Origin: a virus
Lineage: Duplodnaviria > Caudoviricetes
IMG/VR virus record: IMGVR_UViG_3300030380_000587
Location: 1-52,962 of that record
Reading direction: 5' to 3' (one strand)
Length of the DNA: 52,962 nucleotides
Each line of letters starts with the position of its first letter. Positions within the stretch are counted from its first letter, which is position 1. The notes beneath the pieces were generated by a model, which was given only the letters and a program-made list of their open reading frames with translations, made no database searches and was not told where the DNA came from. Positions 37,835 to 45,430 of this stretch are shown here, one piece after another. The translations under genes and the position numbers were made by a program.

Positions 37835-39568
37835 ATGAAGTGGTCTTTACCTTTACTTGGACTTTTAATTGTACCTTTACTTTTTAACTCTGTACCTTTA
37901 GAGATACTTAGATTAAAAACATTTGATACTTTTGTAGAAACTCCAGAACCATCTGGACATTTTACAATTTTAAATATTACTGAAGAAGACGTACAAGAAA
38001 GAGGTGGCTATCCTTTTCCTAGACAAGACTTAGCAGAGATACAACGACAACTAATTAACGAAGGTGCATTAGGAGTGGGTTGGGTTATTCTATTTCCACA
38101 GCCAGATAGGTTTGGTGGAGATGAAATCTTTTCACAGATGCTAAGTTATGTTCCTAGTGTACTAGCAATGCCAGAGTTTGAGAATAATATTTATCCTGAA
38201 ACACATGGTACTGTTATCCTTGGACCAGATGTAGACTTACCAAAAGCTACAGGGTTTTTAGAAAATGTACCTATACTAAAACAATCAGCAGCTCAAGGAG
38301 TAGTGTCGGCAAGAGTTGATGTAGATAATCTTGTCAGACGATTACCTTTACTACAGCAAACTCCAGATGGTTGGGTTGCTGCCTTTGGTACTCAAGTACT
38401 AAAGTCATTAGTAGGTGGTGACACTTATCAAATTAAGACTAACGAGAATGGTATTGAGATGATAAGAGTCAAAGGATTACCTCCGGTAAGCACAGATAGT
38501 CTTGGGAGAAAATGGATTAGTTGGGTTGATACACCACAAACTACCTTAAAAGAAATGGATGTTGCAGGTAAGTTTGTATTCATAGGTGTAACTGCGAAAG
38601 GAGTTATGCCACAGTTAGCAACTCCAAACGGATTGTTAGAGCCTCATAAGATACAGGCTGCACTTGCAGAAAGTATTTTGATTGACTCTCCTTCCATACC
38701 TGACTACAGATTATTTGTTGAACTATTTATATTATGCATTTCCGGATTACTAATCGCCTTTATTATAAGTTACTTTGGTATAACGTGGGGATTACTTTTA
38801 GCTGGTATGGTAATGTCATCAGTTGCTGGTTTAGGTTATTATTTTGTATCTCTAGGTTATTTAGTTGATGTAACTTGGAGTTTGATAAGTATGACACTTA
38901 TCGCAACTCAACAGTTCTATCTAAACTTTAGGACACAGTTTAAACTTCGTCAACAAATTAAGAAACAATTTGAGCATTATCTTGACCCAGCTCAAGTCAA
39001 ACGATTACAAAACAATCCAGAGCTTTTAAAGTTAGGTGGTGAAAGAAGACGATGTACATTTTTATTTACAGATGTTAGAGGCTTTACAAGTTTGTCAGAG
39101 AAGTTAGAGCCTGAAGAAGTTACAGAGATTATGAACAAGGCTCTTACCATACAAGCCAATGCAGTTAAAAAGTATGGTGGAATGGTAGATAAATATATTG
39201 GTGATGCGATGATGGCTATCTTTAATGCTCCTATGGATTTAGATAGACATGAACATCAAGCTATATTAGCAGCGTTAGAAATAAAAACTAAAATGAAAGA
39301 ATCAGATTTAGATATTGATATAGGTATTGGTGTGAATACGGGTGAAGCTGTCATAGGTAATATGGGAAGTGATACTCGTTTTGATTATACAGCTATAGGT
39401 GATGCGGTAAACTTAGCAGCTCGTTTAGAATCTAGCTGTAAGGAAGTAGGTAAAGATTTAGTTATAGGTGAAGAGACAATTAAATATTATCATGGAACTA
39501 TGTATCAAAAGTTAGATTCTATCCGTGTTAAAGGTAAAGAAAAACCTATAAAAATTTATACAATATGA
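37835..39568 (+). CDS. CHASE2-domain class III adenylate cyclase
   Basis: GGYPFPR, FPQPDR, DVDNLVRR, TPNG (CHASE2); 3 TM helices; FTDVRGFT, DKYIGDAMMA, FDYTAIGDAVNLAARLE. Confidence 0.92.
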   Translation: MKWSLPLLGLLIVPLLFNSVPLEILRLKTFDTFVETPEPSGHFTILNITEEDVQERGGYPFPRQDLAEIQRQLINEGALGVGWVILFPQPDRFGGDEIFSQMLSYVPSVLAMPEFENNIYPETHGTVILGPDVDLPKATGFLENVPILKQSAAQGVVSARVDVDNLVRRLPLLQQTPDGWVAAFGTQVLKSLVGGDTYQIKTNENGIEMIRVKGLPPVSTDSLGRKWISWVDTPQTTLKEMDVAGKFVFIGVTAKGVMPQLATPNGLLEPHKIQAALAESILIDSPSIPDYRLFVELFILCISGLLIAFIISYFGITWGLLLAGMVMSSVAGLGYYFVSLGYLVDVTWSLISMTLIATQQFYLNFRTQFKLRQQIKKQFEHYLDPAQVKRLQNNPELLKLGGERRRCTFLFTDVRGFTSLSEKLEPEEVTEIMNKALTIQANAVKKYGGMVDKYIGDAMMAIFNAPMDLDRHEHQAILAALEIKTKMKESDLDIDIGIGVNTGEAVIGNMGSDTRFDYTAIGDAVNLAARLESSCKEVGKDLVIGEETIKYYHGTMYQKLDSIRVKGKEKPIKIYTI

Positions 39569-39569
39569 C

Positions 39570-39598
39570 TTGACAAATGTGAATATCGACCCTATAAT
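39570..39598 (+). promoter_or_regulatory. sigma70 promoter for hsp20
   Basis: TTGACA(39570)-17 nt-TATAAT(39593). Confidence 0.85.
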
Positions 39599-39604
39599 AG
39601 TAGG

Positions 39605-39662
39605 GAAGAGTGTGCGAAAGGTTCGGCACTCATAAACTTGCTTTATATAAGGAGTTAATATG
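39605..39662 (+). promoter_or_regulatory. ROSE-like RNA thermometer
   Basis: First hairpin GAGTG...CACTC, then AACTTGCTT pairing with AAGGAGTT (SD) with a bulged G; upstream of a small heat shock gene. Confidence 0.7.
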
Positions 39663-40073
39663 ACAAACATAAAAGCATTTGGACAATTCAGTCCGTTCTC
39701 AGTCGGGTTTGATGACATCTTTAATACATTACAAAGAGCATCAATACCTAATACAAACTATCCACCTTACAATATTCTTAAAAAAGGTGAATCATATTTT
39801 ATTGAAATGGCAATGGCAGGGTTTAAACGTTCTGACATTGATATTGAAGTAAAAGATAATACATTAACTATCTCTGCAGACTACGAAAAGAGAGAGGATG
39901 ATATAGAATTTATTCATAAAGGAATTTCTGAACGAGAGTTCTATAAAAAATTTGCTCTAGCTGAATACGTAGAAGTAAAGAAAGCTCAGATGATTGATGG
40001 TGTCTTGGTTATTCAACTGGAAAAAGACATACCAGAGGAACAAAAGCCAAAAAAAATCAAAGTTTCTAGCTAA
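39660..40073 (+). CDS. Small heat shock protein (Hsp20, IbpA-like)
   Basis: VGFD, NYPPYNI, IEMAMAGF, HKGISER.F...F.L, DGVLVI.L. Confidence 0.95.
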   Translation: MTNIKAFGQFSPFSVGFDDIFNTLQRASIPNTNYPPYNILKKGESYFIEMAMAGFKRSDIDIEVKDNTLTISADYEKREDDIEFIHKGISEREFYKKFALAEYVEVKKAQMIDGVLVIQLEKDIPEEQKPKKIKVSS

Positions 40074-40101
40074 AAATAGCTAAATGCTCTGAGAGCTTCA
40101 T

Positions 40102-40180
40102 AGAAGCCCGTGGCTGCATTTTAGGTGTTTTTGGACCAATGGTATTACTTACACCCTAATCGTTCAACTACGGGCATTCT
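40102..40180. other. Long stem-loop where the two arms converge (possible bidirectional terminator)
   Basis: AGAAGCCCGTGG.../...CTACGGGCATTCT with inner TTAGGTGT/ACACCCTAA. Confidence 0.45.
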
Positions 40181-40194
40181 GTGAGGTCGTTTTT

Positions 40195-40410
40195 TCACAA
40201 AGCCTCAGTTTCACGTTCTAAATATCGATGAAGTGGTTCGAGTCTTTCTTTTGCTCTACGAAGTAAAGTTTTGACTAGAACTCTGTCGTATTCTGGAAAA
40301 CATTCATCTACTTTTTCTACTGGCAACTCTGATATTTCTGTTACTATCTTGTTATCTTTTGTTAATAATAGTTTGAAACTAATAAGATTAGCTTCCTGCT
40401 TCTTACTCAT
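40195..40410 (-). CDS. Hypothetical protein
   Basis: 71 aa overlapping the nrdB stop. Confidence 0.75.
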   Translation of the reverse strand: MSKKQEANLISFKLLLTKDNKIVTEISELPVEKVDECFPEYDRVLVKTLLRRAKERLEPLHRYLERETEAL

Positions 40411-41386
40411 TTACTGTCCTTAAATTTGCAAAGTTAATTAAGTCTTGTTTTCCTCTGAGTCCAGCCTTCATGTAAGTAGTAGCTCTACCTTCAAAGAAGT
40501 TCTGATGCTCAACACCCATCACTTCATCTATCCAACCAAGAGGATTTTCTCTTTGGTCATAATTAGTTTTTAATCCTAGCTGTAGTAATCTTCTATCAGC
40601 TATGTATCTATTATATGCATACATATCTTTCTTGGTCAATCCTTGTAAGTCTCCCATCTCAAATACTAAATCAAGAAACTTATCTTCCAGCGTTACCATC
40701 TCTCTACATATTTCATACAACTCTTTTTTAAAATCATCTGTCCATATGTCAATGTTCTCTTGTATGAACTCTCTAAATAATTTAGTCATGGCTTCAACAT
40801 GCATTGACTCATCACGAATAGAGTAAGTTACAATCTGTCCCATACCTTTCATCTTTCCGAATCTTGGAAAGTTTAACAAGATTGCAAAGCTACTAAATAA
40901 TTGTAGTCCTTCTGTAAATGCAGAATAAACTGCTAATGTTTTTGCAATAGTTCTCTTATCATTCTTACGTGGTTTAAACGTTCCCACATAGTCATGCTTG
41001 TCTGCCATCTCTTCATACTCTGAGAATGCTTTATATTCTAACTCAGGCATTCCAACTGTGTCAAGTAATAAACTGTAGGCATCTTGATGGATTGATTCCA
41101 TGTTAGCAAAAGAACTCATCATCATTCTTGCTTCTGGTTTTTTAAAGATGGGCATATATTTATCTATATATCCACTCGCTACATCGACATCTGACTGAGT
41201 AAATAATCTAAAGATTTGAGTCAATAGATTTTTTTCTGTTGGTGAAATGTCCTGCCAATCTTTTACATCTGTATGTAATGGTACAGATTCTGGCATCCAA
41301 TGCATTTGATTTTGTAGTTTGTAGTAATCGTACATCCACGGATACTCAAACGGTTTATAGTAATCTCTTGTTGATAGTAAGCTCAT
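40403..41386 (-). CDS. nrdB: Ribonucleotide reductase class I beta subunit
   Basis: FTQSD, MESIHQDAY, FTEG, IRDESMH diiron ligands and radical Tyr; NFFE...Y tail. Confidence 0.95.
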   Translation of the reverse strand: MSLLSTRDYYKPFEYPWMYDYYKLQNQMHWMPESVPLHTDVKDWQDISPTEKNLLTQIFRLFTQSDVDVASGYIDKYMPIFKKPEARMMMSSFANMESIHQDAYSLLLDTVGMPELEYKAFSEYEEMADKHDYVGTFKPRKNDKRTIAKTLAVYSAFTEGLQLFSSFAILLNFPRFGKMKGMGQIVTYSIRDESMHVEAMTKLFREFIQENIDIWTDDFKKELYEICREMVTLEDKFLDLVFEMGDLQGLTKKDMYAYNRYIADRRLLQLGLKTNYDQRENPLGWIDEVMGVEHQNFFEGRATTYMKAGLRGKQDLINFANLRTVNE

Positions 41387-41395
41387 TAGTTCTCC

Positions 41396-43291
41396 TTAAC
41401 CTTCACAGGCAATACATCCCTCATCATCTAATTTAATACGAGGAATTTTTATGTTAACATTCTCTACGTTTCTAGCTGCATTAGACCTAAAGTAATATAG
41501 CGATTTAAGTTTATGCATTCCATACCAATGAACATCATTTACATACTGCATATATTCATCATGTACTTCTTGGCTATCCGTAGTCTTAGGTAGTGTAAAA
41601 AATAAATTTACACTTTGACTTTGACAAATAAATTCTTGTCTCATATGTGCATGTTCGACAATCCATATTTGATTTATTTCATTTGCGGTTTTGAATAGTT
41701 CTTTTTCTTTCTCATCTAGTATCTCTAGCTGTTGAACTGAACCATCATTACCTGATATATCTTTCCAAACTTCTTCAAGTTCTTTACCTTTCAATCCTTT
41801 AGACTTTAAAAGTTTATCTAAGTATTTGTTCTTAACTTGGTAAGTACCTGACAAAGTTTTGTGCGTATATGCATTAGCCCTATAAGGCTCAATACTAGGG
41901 GAAGTCCCACTACAAATAATACCGGAAGAAGCGTTAGGAGCAATAGCAAGTAGATTAGCATTTCTAAGCCCTGAACCATGTATATCAGGAGCTTCACCCC
42001 TTTCTTCTGCCAAGTATTGAGAAGCTTTTGTCGCTTCTCTTTTGATGTGACTAAAGGCTTTATGATTAAAGCCAGTTGCGAATATACCTTCAAAAGGTAT
42101 TCCTTTAGATTGAAGATAAGCGTGGAAGCCCATTGCCCCAAGACCAAGAGACCTTTCCCTATACGCTGAGTAAGCTGACTTGGTATAACCTTCCTTATCT
42201 TCTTTAATATATTTTGAAAAACGTTTGAAGTTTGCACTATATTCTCCGAGTTGTGATGTGTCTACAGCATTATCAATATAATGTTGTAAGACGTTATCGA
42301 GCATTGTAATTAAATCATTAATGAACTCATCATTCTTTGACCACTTATCAAAGTGTTCTAAGTTGACAGAAGATAAACAACAAACTGCTGTACGTTCTTC
42401 GTTAGTAGGTAAGGTAATCTCTGAACATAAATTACTTTGCCTTATGTTTAGTCCTAAATCTTTCTGTGATTTTGGTAAAGCTTCGTTACACGTATCAATG
42501 TTAATCATGTATGGCTCACCTGTTTCAGCTCTAGCAAAAAGTATTTGCCACCATAAGTCTCTAGCATTGACCGTCTTAACAGCTTCGTTAGTCTTAGGGT
42601 CTATCAGTCTCCAGTCTTCATCGTTCTCTACAGCTTCTAAGAATGCATTGGTAATGTTTATTCCATTGTGAAGGTTTAAACACTTCCTATTAATATCACC
42701 ACCTGACTCTCTTCTAATATTTATAAACTCTTCAATCTCTGGATGGCTAATGTCCATGTATGCTGCATAACTTCCACGTCTTGTAGTGCCTTGATTAAAG
42801 GCTAACATCTGTGAATCTACGACATGCATAAAGGGGATTGACCCAGTAGAACGAGAACCGTGAGTAGTAGAAATACCATTACTACGCACATCTCCCCAAT
42901 ATCCACCGATGCCTCCACCCGAACTTGCCAACCAAATGTTCTCATCGTAATGAGCAGATAAACCAACCCTGCTGTCAGGAACATAATTAAGGAAGCAACT
43001 GATAGGAAGCCCACGAGTTGTACCTCCGTTGCTAAGTATAGGAGTACTGAACATAAACCAACAATCGGAGCTGTAGTTATAAAGTCTCTGAGCCAATTCA
43101 TAATCTGTTTCTCCTTTATATGTTGCTGCAAATACTGAAGCTCTAGCAAAAGCTTCTTGAGCATGGGTTTCATTATCCCAAAAGTATCTGTCTTTGAGTG
43201 TATCTAAACTAAACTTATCAAACTTTTTTTCTTTATCATAATCTATACATATACCGAGGTAAGGTTTCTTGCCTATCTTATCTTCCATCAT
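41396..43291 (-). CDS. nrdA: Ribonucleotide reductase class I alpha subunit (no ATP cone)
   Basis: STP.LSN, PISCF, SNLCSEI, VCCLSS, APNASS, SLYY, C-terminal CIAC. Confidence 0.95.
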   Translation of the reverse strand: MMEDKIGKKPYLGICIDYDKEKKFDKFSLDTLKDRYFWDNETHAQEAFARASVFAATYKGETDYELAQRLYNYSSDCWFMFSTPILSNGGTTRGLPISCFLNYVPDSRVGLSAHYDENIWLASSGGGIGGYWGDVRSNGISTTHGSRSTGSIPFMHVVDSQMLAFNQGTTRRGSYAAYMDISHPEIEEFINIRRESGGDINRKCLNLHNGINITNAFLEAVENDEDWRLIDPKTNEAVKTVNARDLWWQILFARAETGEPYMINIDTCNEALPKSQKDLGLNIRQSNLCSEITLPTNEERTAVCCLSSVNLEHFDKWSKNDEFINDLITMLDNVLQHYIDNAVDTSQLGEYSANFKRFSKYIKEDKEGYTKSAYSAYRERSLGLGAMGFHAYLQSKGIPFEGIFATGFNHKAFSHIKREATKASQYLAEERGEAPDIHGSGLRNANLLAIAPNASSGIICSGTSPSIEPYRANAYTHKTLSGTYQVKNKYLDKLLKSKGLKGKELEEVWKDISGNDGSVQQLEILDEKEKELFKTANEINQIWIVEHAHMRQEFICQSQSVNLFFTLPKTTDSQEVHDEYMQYVNDVHWYGMHKLKSLYYFRSNAARNVENVNIKIPRIKLDDEGCIACEG

Positions 43292-43565
43292 CTTGTTTTC
43301 CTGTTAAATATAAGGCTATTATAGCATAGTGAATAATCTTTAGCAAGTCATTTGGATTCTTACCATTCTTCTTTCCATACCTCATAGCGTATTTCATAAT
43401 GTTACCAATACAGAAACCTTCACCGTGTCCAGCATCAAGTATCATATCTGTCGCTTGATATTTACCTCTAGCATAATGTTCAGTATATGTTGAATCAATA
43501 TGAGATTTAATTGTTTCTAAAATTTTATCCTCTGTAAATTTGTAATCTCTTTTCTTCATACCCAT
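43278..43565 (-). CDS. DUF3310-like (gp1.7-like) protein
   Basis: HY...GFCIGNIMKY..R.GKK....DL.K...Y pattern. Confidence 0.65.
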   Translation of the reverse strand: MGMKKRDYKFTEDKILETIKSHIDSTYTEHYARGKYQATDMILDAGHGEGFCIGNIMKYAMRYGKKNGKNPNDLLKIIHYAIIALYLTGKQDDGR

Positions 43566-43978
43566 TCCTCTGGTAAGTTATCTTCTCCATACCATGTAAA
43601 GTTATTTGTCTCTGCCCATTCTGCATGAGTTCTTTTTGTACCATCTTTTCTTTTCTTAGCTTGTGGCATAGGTGAGTAAGGTTTCTGAAATAAAAATACT
43701 AACTCATAATTTTTAGGTAATGCCTCTCGTATATGTATGTACTTACTATACTCTGCATAGTCCCAAAATCTACCTTTAGCTTCTAACAAAATTGTTTTAC
43801 CATTGAACTCTTTAACAAAGTCTGGTTCGTATCTATGCTTCACTACATAGTCAATCATCTCACTATGATGCTGCCATTTACTTAAAACATTTTCGTGTAA
43901 GCTAACCTCCCACAAACTATCATAGCCTTTAGGTACGTTAATCTTTTTAGGTCTTGGCTTTCTTGGTTTTCTAGCCAC
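43556..43978 (-). CDS. T7 endonuclease I-like Holliday junction resolvase
   Basis: YDS.WE, YEPDF, LEAKG.F, T.AEWAE..F motifs. Confidence 0.85.
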   Translation of the reverse strand: MARKPRKPRPKKINVPKGYDSLWEVSLHENVLSKWQHHSEMIDYVVKHRYEPDFVKEFNGKTILLEAKGRFWDYAEYSKYIHIREALPKNYELVFLFQKPYSPMPQAKKRKDGTKRTHAEWAETNNFTWYGEDNLPEEWV

Positions 43979-44222
43979 GTAATAATTCCTCTAATGTAAT
44001 ATCAGGATTACGTTTTATTTTTTTATTAAACCATCGTAAGCTATAAGCACTTAATAAAATTCTACCCATACCATAGACGTGTGTTTGCTCTGGTAAAAAC
44101 TCATGTAAGTTTTTTTTGTTAATCTTAGAAGTGTCTTCACTATCAGGGGTCATAGTTCTCAACCATTCAATTAACATGTTCTCTGCTTTACGTCTTAATC
44201 TTTTAGCTTTCTTGCCATTCAT
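43971..44222 (-). CDS. Hypothetical protein
   Basis: 83 aa, MNGKKAKRLRR N-terminus. Confidence 0.7.
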   Translation of the reverse strand: MNGKKAKRLRRKAENMLIEWLRTMTPDSEDTSKINKKNLHEFLPEQTHVYGMGRILLSAYSLRWFNKKIKRNPDITLEELLRG

Positions 44223-45024
44223 AATTCTTTACCAGTTGCCAATACTTTAATATACTGTTGAACATATCTCTATGTTTCTCGTGGGATTCTTTATCCCATA
44301 TATGACATAAGACTAAGCTTGTATCCTCTCTATCTACAAAGATAGAAACCCTCTCTGGATTATCTATATTGCATCCTTGAGCATACGCAGATAGTTGCAT
44401 ACCGTGGTCATCATAAACTAATTTAGCAGGTTCTTTACCATCTAAGTTGTCTTTAGTTTTAAAGTCAACGAATATACCTGACTTAGAATATAAGTCTATC
44501 TTACCACCATATCCTTGTTTTGCACAGAAGGAATCTTCTGCTATCCACTCTTCATCTGGAAAGTTTTCATCCAACCATGATTGAATTATTTCGTAAGGCT
44601 TAGACGTACCTAGCCCTAAGAAACCTTGTTCAATCTTAGCATGAATCTCTGTACCTTTCTTCGCTGCGTTTAAACCTATCTCTTTAGAATGTTGTTTACA
44701 TCTGAAAGCAAACCCCTCTAAGGATTCGTCATCTTGCTTTTCTAAAGTAAGTGCAGAGTTTAAGGCTTGATTTATTTTCCAGTTTTCTAAGGATGGTTTA
44801 GCTACCATACCTAGAATCGTAGTGACTGAAGGTACTAATCCTAGAGACCTAGCATCTCGTAGATTGGTATTTCTTTCTTTACCATTAGCACCTATGATTG
44901 TGTACATAGGTTCTCCATCTTTGGAGTACCAATGACCAGCTTCCGATTTATATTTAGAAGCTGCTAGTTTATTATATACTTCCTGAGAAGAACTGTCAAT
45001 AGTTTTTTTATTTTTCTTTGTCAT
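44203..45024 (-). CDS. PD-(D/E)xK exonuclease
   Basis: PSVTTIL, GTEIH, GKID, VDFKT, QLSAY motifs. Confidence 0.85.
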   Translation of the reverse strand: MTKKNKKTIDSSSQEVYNKLAASKYKSEAGHWYSKDGEPMYTIIGANGKERNTNLRDARSLGLVPSVTTILGMVAKPSLENWKINQALNSALTLEKQDDESLEGFAFRCKQHSKEIGLNAAKKGTEIHAKIEQGFLGLGTSKPYEIIQSWLDENFPDEEWIAEDSFCAKQGYGGKIDLYSKSGIFVDFKTKDNLDGKEPAKLVYDDHGMQLSAYAQGCNIDNPERVSIFVDREDTSLVLCHIWDKESHEKHRDMFNSILKYWQLVKNYEWQES

Positions 45025-45430
45025 TTTCTGACTCCTTGAATGCTTTGATTACATCACTAGAAAATAATTTCTGTAAATTAACTAAGAACATTTTACTTGC
45101 GTTGTTATCTCCACCCGATACTGTTTTAAAATAATCTAATTTATCTACAATAGTTTTCAATACATCTGTTTTAAAAACTAAAGTACAAAATTCATTATCG
45201 CCAACACATAGATTATGAAACCAGTAATCAGATTCTGTTGTTCTTATTCCTGATGGTTTGTTCCAGCATTCATATTCAACACAGATGTTTCCTGTCTTCA
45301 TCCACATACCACGTTCTGACTTGACTTCTATCTTTTTATTAGTTAGCATATCTACAATCTTTTCTTCACGGATTGTACCATACTGTAAGTCTATGTCAAA
45401 TTTCTTTCTGTCTTCTTTAATGGGTTTCAC
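45008..45430 (-). CDS. Conserved phage protein, possible PD-(D/E)xK fold
   Basis: FDIDL.YG...E, IEVK, TGNI.VE, KPSGI..T.SDYW. Confidence 0.6.
   Translation of the reverse strand: MKPIKEDRKKFDIDLQYGTIREEKIVDMLTNKKIEVKSERGMWMKTGNICVEYECWNKPSGIRTTESDYWFHNLCVGDNEFCTLVFKTDVLKTIVDKLDYFKTVSGGDNNASKMFLVNLQKLFSSDVIKAFKESENDKEK

Noticed and set aside
37835-39568. Pycsar/CBASS-type defence cyclase
   Set aside because: CHASE2-TM architecture, adenine-specifying residues and no adjacent effector point to a sensory adenylate cyclase.
44203-45024. Cas4 or an Fe-S nuclease as the IscU client
   Set aside because: PD-(D/E)xK motifs are present but the C-terminal Cys triad of Cas4/AddB is not.
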